Source: an uncultured Chloroflexia bacterium | GTDB taxonomy: Bacteria > Chloroflexota > Limnocylindria > Limnocylindrales > CSP1-4 | NCBI GenBank assembly: GCA_963763775.1 | Contig: CAVXPZ010000001.1 | Coordinates: forward strand, 928,001 to 992,000 | Direction of reading: 5' to 3' | DNA length: 64,000 nucleotides | Shown here: piece by piece, positions 21,090 through 31,082 of the stretch | How the letters are laid out: the number at the start of each line of letters is the position of its first letter | How positions within the stretch are numbered: position 1 is the first letter of the stretch | The notes under the pieces: model-generated | Databases searched by the model: none | Seen by the model: the letters and a program-made list of their open reading frames with translations, nothing else | Told to the model about the DNA's origin: nothing | Translations under genes and position numbers: made by a program

Positions 21090-23188
21090 ATGCCCTTCGT
21101 CACGCCGCTGGCGCTCGCCGGCCTCGTCTTCATCCCGCTCGTCGTCGCGATGTACCTGCTGAAGCTGCGCCGGGACGAGACCGTCGTGCCGTCCACGCTG
21201 CTCTGGAGCCGCCTCTCGACGGACGTCGAGGCGAACGCGCCGTGGCAGCGCCTCCGGCGGAGCCTCCTGCTGCTCCTCCAGCTGCTCCTGGTCGTGCTGC
21301 TCGTGCTGCTCGCCGCGCGGCCGTTCCTCGAGCGGCCCGCCGGACTCGCCCGCGACGTCGTGCTCGTGATGGACACCTCCGCGAGCATGGCCGCGACCGA
21401 CGTGGCGCCGAACCGGCTGGCCGCCGCACGCGACGCGGCCCTCGCGGCCCTCGCCGACCTGCCGACCGGCGGGCACGTGAGCGTCATCGCCGCGGACCGG
21501 AGCGCGCGGATCGTCGTGAACGAGACGACCGACATCAGCCGGGTGCGCGCCGCGCTCGACGCCCTGGAGCCATCGTCGACGAGCGGCGACCTCGGCGACG
21601 CGCTCGAGCTGGCATCCAAACTCGCGGCGCGGTCGGGCGACGCGCAGATCCTCGTGGCCACGGACGCCGCCGTGGCCGCGCCGATCACGACCAAGGTCGG
21701 GGCACCGATCAAGGTGCTCCCGGTCGGCCGGGACCGGAAGAACCAGGCGATCGTCGCGCTCGCGGTCCGCGCGGCGCCGTCGTCGGTGACGCGCTCGGTC
21801 TTCGTCAGCGTCGCGAACCTCGACATCGAGAGCGCGCAGCGACGGCTCGAGGTCTGGGGCGACGACCACCTGCTCGAGGCGCGTGATGTCGCGCTCGATG
21901 CGCAGGCGCGGTCGGACGTGGTCATCGACGACATCCCGCGCGACGTCGGCGTCGTGGAGGTCCGCCTGGTCGGCGCGGACGCGACCTCGACGGCGGCCCC
22001 GGACCACCTCGCGATCGACGATCGCGCCTGGGCGGTGCTCCCGTCGGCCGAGACGAAGCTCGTGCTGCTCGTCGGCGATGGCGACCCGTATCTCGAGACC
22101 GCGCTCTCCTACCTGCCGAACGTCGAGCTCTACGGGGTCACGCCCGCCGAGTACGGCCCGGCGACCCAGCGGACCGACGGCCGCCCGTGGGACCTCGTGA
22201 TCTTCGAGTCGAACCTGCCCGCCACGCTGCCGGACGCCCCGATCCTCGCCATCGCCCCGCCGCGCACGAGCGACCTCGGCGAGGTGAGCGGCACGGTCAA
22301 GGATCCGGGGATCGGCGCGCTGAGCCCGGACGAGCCGATCCTCCGCTACGTCGACCTCTCGACCACGCACATCTCCGAGGCGCAGCGACTCACGACGCCG
22401 TCCTGGGCCCGGACCGTCATCCCGGGGCCCAAGGGCGCGCCGCTCCTCTACTCGGGGACGCGGGCGGCCGGCCCGCCGCGGTCCTGGCCTTCGAGCCGCG
22501 GCGCTCGGACCTGCCGCTGCAGGTGGCCTTTCCGATCCTGCTCGCCAACCTGACCGGCGAGCTGCTGGGCGGATCCGCCGCTCCGACCGACGCCGTGGCG
22601 CCCGGCGACCCGGTGACCCTCGTGGTCCCGGCGAACGCGACGGGCGTGACGATCACCCGGCCCGACGGCACCACGACGAGTCTCGTGGCCACGGCGGCCG
22701 GCGGCTCGTCGCTCACGTACGCCGCCACGGACCTGCCGGGCATCTACACGGTCACCCCGGTCCTCGCTCCAGAGGCATCCGCGGGACCGTCCGGCAGCGG
22801 CGCAGGCGCCGGCGTCGTCGCCTCACCGGCCGGGACCGCCACGGCGCCGGGGGCATCCGCCGGCGCCAGCGGTCATCCGATCGACGCCGCCGCTCCGGTG
22901 CGATTCGCGGTCGACCTCTTCGACGTCGGCGAGTCGACGATCGCACCCGGGTCGGCGGCCGCCATCGAGGCGCTCGGGACCGCACCGGTCGCGTCCCCCG
23001 CCCCGGGTGGCACCGACGCGCCCGTCGAGCGCCCGACGGCCCGCGACGAACTGTGGCTGCCGATCGTGCTCATCGTGCTGATCGGGCTGTGCATCGAGTG
23101 GGCCGTGTACCACCGCGACGCGCTCATCCGGATCCGTCGATCCATCACCGCGCGGTTCGGCCGGCAGCCGTCGGGCGGGAGCGCGTAG
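21090..23188 (+). CDS. BatA N-terminal + VWA domain membrane protein (frameshift ~22465)
   Basis: PLALAGL..YLLK..VPSTLLW..LLAARP, DTSASM MIDAS, C-terminal TM LIGLCIEW. Confidence 0.82.
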
Positions 23189-26133
23189 ATGGGCATCTCG
23201 TTCGAGACCCCGCTCTGGCTGCTCGCGCTCATCCCCGTCCTGGCGATCACGCTCGCCCTGCACCTGGCCGCGCGGCGACGCATGGGCGCGGGCCGGCGGC
23301 GCGTCGCCCTGGTCGTGCGGACGTTGCTCCTCTCGGCCCTGGTCTTCGCGATCGCCGGCTTCCAGCTGGTCCTCCCGGTCGACCGGCTGGCCACGGTCTT
23401 CGTGGTCGACCTGTCCGATTCGGTCGGGCAACGCCGGCCACGAGGACGCCCTCGCGTTCCTGCGGGAGACGCTCAAGGAGAAGCCGACGGGCGACGTCGC
23501 CGGCATCGTCGCCTTCGGCAAGGAGGCGCTGGTCGAGCGCCTGCCGTCCGAGGTCGATGACATCGAGCGCATCGCCTCGGCGCCGGTCCGCTCTGCGACC
23601 GATATCGGCGCCGCGCTGCGGCTCGCGACCGCGCTCTTCCCCGACGACGCCCAGAAGCGGATCGTGCTCCTCAGCGACGGCAACGACACCACCGGTAGCG
23701 GTCAGGCCGAGGCGGCCCTCGCCGCGAGCCGTGGCGTGCAGATCGAGACCAGGATGATCGGGCTCGGCGACGCCGACGAGGTCCTCGTCGAGCGCCTCAC
23801 GACGCCGTCGACCGCTCGACTCGGCGAGTCCGTGGAAGCCGTGGCGGACATCCGGTCCTCGGTGGCGCAGCCCGCGACGGTCCGGCTCTTCGCCGACGGC
23901 GCCCTGGTCGCCACGCAACCGGTCCAGCTCGTCGCCGGCTCCACGAGGGTCACGTTCGACACGAAGCCCACCGAGGCCGGGTTCCACACGTTCCGGGCGG
24001 TCGTGGAGGCGGCCCGGGACACGTTCAGCCAGAACGACCGGGCCGACTCGAACACGATCGTGAAGGGCGAGCCCCGGACGCTGATCCTCGCCGGCGACGA
24101 CGCGGTCGCCACCGAGCTGATCGCCGCGCTCAAGAGCCAGCGGCAGATCGTGGACAAGCTCGTGCCGGAGGCGCTGCCGACCGACTTCGCCGGGCTGGCG
24201 ACCTACGACAGCATCGTCCTCGTCGACGTCCCGCGGATCCGGCTCTCGGACAAGCAGCTCGCCGCGCTCCAGGTCTATGTCCGCGACCTGGGCAAGGGCC
24301 TCGTCATGGTGGGCGGGCCGGAGAGCTTCGGCGCCGGCGGCTACCAGAAGACGCCGCTCGAGGAGTCGCTGCCGGTCGACATGGGCGTGCGCGACCGGCA
24401 GAAGGAGCCGGACATCGCGCTCGTCGTCGTGATCGACAAGTCGGGCTCGATGGCGGCCTGTCACTGCAACACGTTCGACCGCAACAGCGGCTCGGGGATC
24501 GCGGGCGTCCAGAAGGTCGACATCGGCAAGGAGGCGATCCTGCGGGCGGCGGCGGCGATGACCGCGCGCGACGAGCTCGGCGTCGTGGCGTTCAACGAGG
24601 CGGCGCACTGGGTCGTGAAGACGCAGCCGCTCGGGAACATCGCCGACCTCCAGGGCGACATCGCCGGCATCCGGGCCGACGGCCAGACGAACATCTACTC
24701 GGGCCTCGACCAGGCCGTCCAGTCGCTCGAAGGCACGACGGCCACGCGCCGCCACATCATCCTGCTCACCGACGGCTGGTCGACCTCCGGGCAGTACGAC
24801 GACATCCTCGCGAAGATGAAGGCCGACGGGATCACGCTGTCGACGGTGGGCGCCGGCGGCGGGGCCAACCCGTTCCTCGAGCAGCTCGCCAAGGAGGGCG
24901 GCGGGCGGTTCTACGCGGCAGCGAACCCGGCGAGCATCCCGGACATCTTCCTCAAGGAGACCCAGCAGGTCTCGGGGCAGCAGATCGTGGAGGAGCCGTT
25001 CTTCCCGATCCTGACCTCGTCGTCGCCGATCCTGCGCGGCCTCGACCAGGGCCTCCCGAAGCTCCTCGGGTACAACGGCACCACGGCCAAGTCCGCGGCG
25101 CAGACGGTCCTCGTCACGTCGCGCGACGACCCGCTCCTCGCCCAGTGGCAGTACGGCCTCGGCCGGTCCGTGGCGTGGACGTCGGACACGACCGGCCGCT
25201 GGGCCAAGGACTGGATCGGCTGGAGCGGGTTCGACCGGTTCTTCTCGCAGCTCGTGAGCTGGACGTTCCCGGGCGAGGAGACCGACGGGATCGAGGCCCG
25301 GTTCGACGCCGTCAACGGGAAGACGTCGCTGCACGTCGAGAGCGTCGAGGCCGACGGCTCGCCACGGGACTTCTACTCGACGACGGCATCGGTCGTGGGG
25401 CCGAGCCTCGAGCCGGTCGCGGTCAACCTCGTCCAGACCGCGCCGGGCGTCTACGAGGCGCCGCTCGGCGACGTCGACCCCGGGGCGTACGCGATCCGGG
25501 TGACGCAGACGCGGCCCGGGATCCAGCCCGCTGGGCCGCACGATCGGCCTGGTCGCGCCGACCGCGGCGGAGTACCGGCTGCTTGGCGCGGACGAGGGGT
25601 TCCTGGCGTCGCTCCGTTCCGTCACGGGCGGCGCGGTCGTGGAGACCGCCGAGGACCCGTGGGTCCACGACCTGACGGCGACGAACCACTTCACCGACCT
25701 CTGGCCGCTGCTGCTCCTCATCGCCCTGCTCCTGTGGCCGCTGGATATCGCCCTGCGGCGCGTCTCGATCGGCCGCCGTGAGATGGCCGCCGCCCGGGGG
25801 TGGGTTGCAGGATTCGGTGGCCGGCGCCGGGTCGCGGCACCACGAACGGCGACGAGCGAGAACCTGTTCGCGGCCCGCGAACGGGCGGCCGGGTCATCAT
25901 CGCGTGCGGCGTTGCGGACGCCCACGCCGACCGAGGGCGCCTCGGCGGCGACCGCGATGACGGCCGCGGCGGCGACCCCCGAGCCGGCCCGACCACCGGC
26001 CGCGCCCGCTCCGCCGGTGAACGCCACGGTCGTATCCCCGCCGGCTCCGCCGACCGCGGATGCGCCGACCGCGGATGCGACGGACACCATGGCCCGCCTC
26101 CGCGAGGCCAAGCGGCGCGCTCGGGACCGCTAG
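23189..26133 (+). CDS. double VWA / GATase-like membrane protein (frameshifts ~23428, ~25520)
   Basis: DLSDSV and DKSGSM MIDAS motifs, LSDGND, LTDG, GLVMVGGPESFGAGGY, WQYGLGRSVAWTSD, LWPLDIALRR. Confidence 0.8.
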
Positions 26134-26248
26134 CGAGCCGATCCTCGCGCTCGAGCGTGATCACCTCGCGTCAGATGCACGTCCGGACGCCGGGCAGCCG
26201 GCGCGCCGTCGGAGGCCGTCCGGACGTCCCGGTGGTAGCCTTCGGCCG

Positions 26249-26740
26249 ATGTCATCGGTCCGCCGGATCGTCCTCGGCCTGTCACTGAGCGTGCTCGTCG
26301 TCGCCGGTTGTGGGGTCGTCTCGACGACGCCGCCCGCGCCGACGCCGGCCGACTTCCCGGATCTCGCCGGCAAGCTCGCCCTCCAGGGGATCAAGATCGA
26401 TCACGTGGTGTCTGGCGACGCCGGCTGCTCGGACCCGAACCTCGTGCCGACGGCCATCTCCTTCGAGGCCCACGGGCTCGACCAGGCCGAGACCGTGAAG
26501 CTCTACCTCTACGTCTTCCGGAACGCCGACGTGTTCGAAAAGAAGCGCCAGACCGTCGACACCTGCGCCGAGGCCTACGTGACCGACGCCGAGACGTTCG
26601 AGTCGATCGACCAGTCCCCCTACGTGTTGACGGGCCAGGGACCGTGGGGCACCGAGTTCGAGGCCACGATCCGGGGCGGCCTGGCGACGGCCGCCGGTGA
26701 TGGCGGCACCAGCGGGTACGGGGGCGGCGACAGCCCGTAA
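26249..26740 (+). CDS. putative lipoprotein
   Basis: MSSVRRIVLGLSLSVLVVAGC lipobox. Confidence 0.75.
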   Translation: MSSVRRIVLGLSLSVLVVAGCGVVSTTPPAPTPADFPDLAGKLALQGIKIDHVVSGDAGCSDPNLVPTAISFEAHGLDQAETVKLYLYVFRNADVFEKKRQTVDTCAEAYVTDAETFESIDQSPYVLTGQGPWGTEFEATIRGGLATAAGDGGTSGYGGGDSP

Positions 26741-26893
26741 CGGCGGCGTGGCCGGCGCGGGTGCGCAACGGGTCGGGTGCGGTCCGTTGGGGTCAGATCA
26801 GGTCCGGTAGGGTCGACCACCGCAGACCTTCCCATGACCGATGGGACGTCCGGGTGACGGTCCGGACGGGGTCGCACCGGCGACGCTCCGGAC

Positions 26894-27625
26894 ATGGTCC
26901 TGGCAAGCGCCCGTCGTCCCCTGCTCCGCTCCACGCTGTTCGCCTTCATCCTTGCGGTGGGCACGGTCGCTGGCGCGGTCGGACGCGACGCTTCGGGACC
27001 GACCTCGCACCCCGATGCGGCCGGCCGGGTCGCGCTCGGACCGGTCGCGGGTCAGGTCCAGGCGGCGTTCGAGGGGAACGCCTGGGTCGACCCGGAGCCG
27101 GATCCCCGCTACGACGGCCGAGCCGCACCGGTGGGCTCGTCCACCGGGCTCCGCAGCGCCCCGACGCCACCGATCCACGTCGCCGTGGCGGCCGCGGCGG
27201 GCGACGGCGGATCCGACGCCGCGTCCGGCCACCAGGGGCGCGACCACGTCTGGATGCCCGCGCTAGGGATCGACCGCTCGGTCGCGTCGTATGCCTGCTC
27301 GAACGCGTCGTACCCCGGAAACCGCGTGTACCGATGGGGCTGCGCCGGCAGCAACAACGTCTATCTCTTCGGCCACGCCGGCAGCGTGTTCCGGCCCCTG
27401 CACGACGCGTACGTCCACGGCCGGCTGCGAAAGGGCATGAAGCTCTTCTATGCGGACGGCTCGGGCACGGTCCACGCGTACAAGGTCTCCTGGTGGAAGG
27501 TCACGACGCCCACCAAGGGCACCTGGGCCTATCAGGGCCTGTCGCGCCCGAGCCTCACGCTCCAGACGTGCGTCGGGGCCGCCAGCCAGTACCGCCTGAT
27601 CGTCCGGCTGGACCGGCTCGACTGA
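26894..27625 (+). CDS. sortase-family protein
   Basis: N-terminal signal anchor; YLFGHA, LTLQTC, YRLIV give His-Cys-Arg triad. Confidence 0.75.
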   Translation: MVLASARRPLLRSTLFAFILAVGTVAGAVGRDASGPTSHPDAAGRVALGPVAGQVQAAFEGNAWVDPEPDPRYDGRAAPVGSSTGLRSAPTPPIHVAVAAAAGDGGSDAASGHQGRDHVWMPALGIDRSVASYACSNASYPGNRVYRWGCAGSNNVYLFGHAGSVFRPLHDAYVHGRLRKGMKLFYADGSGTVHAYKVSWWKVTTPTKGTWAYQGLSRPSLTLQTCVGAASQYRLIVRLDRLD

Positions 27626-27644
27626 GGCCGGATCGGGCGGCCCG

Positions 27645-28811
27645 TCAGACGACGCGCAGCCCCAGGATCCGCCGTGCGATCACGAGCCGCTGGACCTGGC
27701 TCGTCCCCTCGCCGATCTCGGTGAGCTTCGCGTCCCGCATATAGCGCTCGACCGGGTAGTCCGTGACATACCCGTAGCCACCGTGGATCTGGATCGCATC
27801 GTTGGTCGCCCGCGAGCTGACCTCCGACGCGAACAGCTTCGCCTCGGCCGCCGCGAGCCCGAAGTCGCGACCCTGGTCCTTGAGCCACGCCGCGCGCCAG
27901 ACGAGCGCCCGGGCCGCATCGATCTCGGTCGCCATGTCGGCGATCATGAACGCCACCCCCTGGAACGACCCGATCGGCCGCCCGAACTGCTCGCGCGTCT
28001 TTGCGTACGGGATGGAGGCGTCGAGCGCTGCCTGTGCGAGCCCGACCGCGAGCGCGCCGATGCTGATGCGCCCGCCGTCGAGGATCGCAAGGAACGTCTT
28101 GAAGCCGCTCCCCTGCTCCCCGAGGAGGTTCGCCGCGGGCACGCGCGCGCCTTCGAAGTGCAGCTCACCCGTCGCAGACGCGTGCAGTCCGAGCTTGTCC
28201 TCGAGCCGGCCGACGCTGAACCCGGGCGTCGCGGCGGGGACGATGAAGGCGCTGATCTCCGGGTTGCCGTCGTCGCGCGTCCCGGTGCGCGCGGTGACGA
28301 TGTACGTGCCCGCCTGGCCGGCGTTCGTGATGAACCGCTTGCCGCCGTCGATGACCCAGCTGCCGCCGTCGGGGCCGTCCTCGTGGCGTGCCGTCGTCCG
28401 CGTGCCGCCCGAGTCGCTGCCCGCGCCGGGCTCCGTGAGGCCGTACGCCCCGATGACCCGGCCCTGGGCCATGGGCACAAGGAAGCGCTGCTGCTGGTCC
28501 TTCGAGCCGGCCAGGTGCAGCGGCCCGCACCCGAGGCTCGTGTGTGCGGCCACGATCAGGCCGAGCGACCCCCAGACGCGGCCGATCTCCTCGACGGCGA
28601 TCGCGTAGGCGAGCGTGTCGAGGCCGGCACCGCCCTCGTCCTCGGGGATCGGGATCCCGAGCCAGCCGAGCTCGCCGATCCGCCGGACGATCTCGCTCGG
28701 GAACCGACGCTCGCGCTCGTGCTCGTCGACGACCGGCGCGACCTCGGTGAGCATGAAGTCGCGGATCGTCTCGCGCAGCAGCGTGTGCTCGGGCGAGAGG
28801 TCGAGGTCCAT
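27645..28811 (-). CDS. acyl-CoA dehydrogenase
   Basis: YGLTEPGAGSD, GGKRFITNA, LDGGRI, REQFGRPI, IHGGYGY, IGEGTSQVQR. Confidence 0.95.
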   Translation of the reverse strand: MDLDLSPEHTLLRETIRDFMLTEVAPVVDEHERERRFPSEIVRRIGELGWLGIPIPEDEGGAGLDTLAYAIAVEEIGRVWGSLGLIVAAHTSLGCGPLHLAGSKDQQQRFLVPMAQGRVIGAYGLTEPGAGSDSGGTRTTARHEDGPDGGSWVIDGGKRFITNAGQAGTYIVTARTGTRDDGNPEISAFIVPAATPGFSVGRLEDKLGLHASATGELHFEGARVPAANLLGEQGSGFKTFLAILDGGRISIGALAVGLAQAALDASIPYAKTREQFGRPIGSFQGVAFMIADMATEIDAARALVWRAAWLKDQGRDFGLAAAEAKLFASEVSSRATNDAIQIHGGYGYVTDYPVERYMRDAKLTEIGEGTSQVQRLVIARRILGLRVV

Positions 28812-28869
28812 CGCCGGCGAGCGTAGCACCGCGACAGCGCCCTGCGGGCCTCGGTGCTAGCCTTCACGG

Positions 28870-29583
28870 ATGCCCGAGCCCACCACGTCGGTCGGAGCCC
28901 CCAGCGGCCCCGTGGCGAGCCCCCATGCCGGCGCCGTCGGCGGCCCGTCGAGCCTGCGCCGCGACCTGCTGCTCCGCCTGCGCCTCGACGGCCCGTCGTC
29001 GCCGGACCAACTGGCCGTGCGCGTCGGCGCGAGCCGCACCGGCGTGCTCCAGCAGCTCCGGGCGCTCGAGGCGGCCGAGCTCGTGAGCCGGCAGACCGTC
29101 AAGCACGGCGTCGGCCGGCCCCGGCACCTCTACGACGTCACGCCGGACGCGCAGGACCTCTTTCCCGCGACGTACGACGTGCTCGCGGCCGGACTGCTCG
29201 CCGCGATCGGCGCGGTCGGCGGCGACGAGCTGCTCGAGGAGGTCTTCGCGGCCCGTCGTCGGCAGCTGGGCGACCGCGTCCGCGAGCGGCTCGCCGAGCA
29301 GGTCCCGGGCGACGCACCCCTCGCGGACCGGGTCAGGGAGCTCGCCGAGATCCAGGCCGCGCAGGGCTATCTCGCCGAGGCACTCGTCGACGCGGACGGC
29401 GCGATCCGGCTCCGCGAGCACAACTGCGCCATCTACCACGTCGCCAAGAGCACGCCGGCCGCCTGCACCGCCGAGCTGCAGCTGTTCCGCGAGGTCCTCG
29501 GCGCGGACGTCGTCCGCGAGAGCCACATCGCCGCGGGCGACCGCTGCTGCTCCTATCGCATCGAGGAGCGCGCCGGGAACTGA
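28870..29583 (+). CDS. SufR-like HTH transcriptional regulator
   Basis: N-terminal HTH, GRPRHLY, EHNCAI..AC..EL..F, GDRCCSY. Confidence 0.8.
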   Translation: MPEPTTSVGAPSGPVASPHAGAVGGPSSLRRDLLLRLRLDGPSSPDQLAVRVGASRTGVLQQLRALEAAELVSRQTVKHGVGRPRHLYDVTPDAQDLFPATYDVLAAGLLAAIGAVGGDELLEEVFAARRRQLGDRVRERLAEQVPGDAPLADRVRELAEIQAAQGYLAEALVDADGAIRLREHNCAIYHVAKSTPAACTAELQLFREVLGADVVRESHIAAGDRCCSYRIEERAGN

Positions 29584-29918
29584 GGTCCGTGGCGCGGCAT
29601 CCGACGGCAAGATCGTGCGCGCGATGGAGCCGGGGCCCCACCCGACGACATACGCCGCGAGCCACATCGGCCTGTCGAGCGCGGGCGAAGGCTCTCGGTC
29701 GTGAGCGCGGCGGTGACGCGCCCGGTCCGGCGTTCGGCCGCCCGGCAGGAATCCCACTCCTACAGACCGGCATTCGGAGGGCCATGACGCACCGACGGCG
29801 GGTGCGTCGCGGCAACCCACGACCAGTCCGTGCAGGCGCGCCGCATCACGTGCCGGGGCACGGCGCCGGTCAAGCACGTTCGCGCCCTGCAAGTCCCCGG
29901 CATAGGAACCCAATTCCT

Positions 29919-29974
29919 GCGCGCCCGCTTTGGGACGGGTCGAGCCGCGCGCCCGCTGTGGGACGGGTCGAGCC
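29919..29974 (+). repeat. 28-bp tandem duplication
   Basis: GCGCGCCCGCT(T/G)TGGGACGGGTCGAGCC x2. Confidence 0.85.
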
Positions 29975-30006
29975 GCGCGACGCTGACGCCGCGAGGCGGC
30001 CTAGCC

Positions 30007-31062
30007 TCAGGCCTCCTCGCGCTCCACGACCTCGCGGGGGGCGGGCTCGAGGCGCGGCGGCGGGACGTCCGACACGTTGGGCACGAACGACGCCGCGAGC
30101 GACGTCGCGGCCGCGACCTCCTGGTCCGCCACGGACAGGATCCCGAGCCGGCCGAGCTGCGCCATCTCGTCGCGGATGTAGGTCTTGAGCATCTCGGGGC
30201 CGTCGGTGTTGATCGTGAAGCGGACCTCGTTGCGCCGGAGCGTGTCGAAGATCCAGCGGAACTCCTCCCAGCCGGACACGACCCGGGTGTTGAGGTTCGA
30301 CGTGGGGCAGATCTCGAGGACGATCCCCCGGTCGCGGATCATCGCCATCGCCCGGGGGTCGTAGGCCGCCTTGACGCCGTGGCCGATGCGATCCGGCTCG
30401 AGCAGCTCGACGACTCGCGCGACCTCCTCGACCGGTCCGGACTCGCCGGTGTGGACCGTGATCCCGAGGCCGAACTGGCGGGCGCGGCGGAAGAGCCGCC
30501 GATAGTCGGCGACGCGGAACGTGGCCGACTCGGGTCCGGCGATATCCACGCCGACGACGCCGCGGTCACGCCAGGCGATGGCCTTCTCCGCGATGATCTC
30601 GTTGAGCTCGAACGGGAATGCGCGGTCGAGGCAGAAGATGAGACCCGGCTTGATCGGGTACTCCAGCGTCGCGCGGTCCATGCCGCGGACGGCCGCCGCG
30701 ATGATGTGGTCGAGGTCCTGCTCCCCGCCGCGGTTTCGCTTCATCGGGTTGAAGCGGAGCTCCATGGTCGTGACGTTGTTCTTGCGGTAGGCGCCACCCA
30801 CCACTTCGTACACGCTGCGCTCGACCGCGAGCGGCGAGCTCTGGATGAGCTCGGTCCAGTGGAAGAGCTGCAGGTAGCCGTCGAACGACCGGTTCCGCCG
30901 GGCGGAGACCGTGATCATGTCGCGGAACTCCCAGTAGTCCTTGGTCGGCAGCTTGATGCCCTGGGAGTGGGCGATCCCCCACATGATCGCCGGGGTGACC
31001 GCACCGCCGAGATGGCAGTGGAGCTCCGCCAGCGGGATCTTCCGGGAGAGCGGACGGGCCAT
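30007..31062 (-). CDS. add: adenosine deaminase
   Basis: ELHCHLGG, ELRFNP, GVDIAGPE, TVHTGE, RIGHG, EICPTSN, INTD. Confidence 0.88.
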   Translation of the reverse strand: MARPLSRKIPLAELHCHLGGAVTPAIMWGIAHSQGIKLPTKDYWEFRDMITVSARRNRSFDGYLQLFHWTELIQSSPLAVERSVYEVVGGAYRKNNVTTMELRFNPMKRNRGGEQDLDHIIAAAVRGMDRATLEYPIKPGLIFCLDRAFPFELNEIIAEKAIAWRDRGVVGVDIAGPESATFRVADYRRLFRRARQFGLGITVHTGESGPVEEVARVVELLEPDRIGHGVKAAYDPRAMAMIRDRGIVLEICPTSNLNTRVVSGWEEFRWIFDTLRRNEVRFTINTDGPEMLKTYIRDEMAQLGRLGILSVADQEVAAATSLAASFVPNVSDVPPPRLEPAPREVVEREEA

Positions 31063-31082
31063 GCGGGCAGGATACCCGACGC

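Noticed and set aside
29919-29974. CRISPR-like repeat
   Set aside because: Only two adjacent copies with no spacer, and no cas genes.
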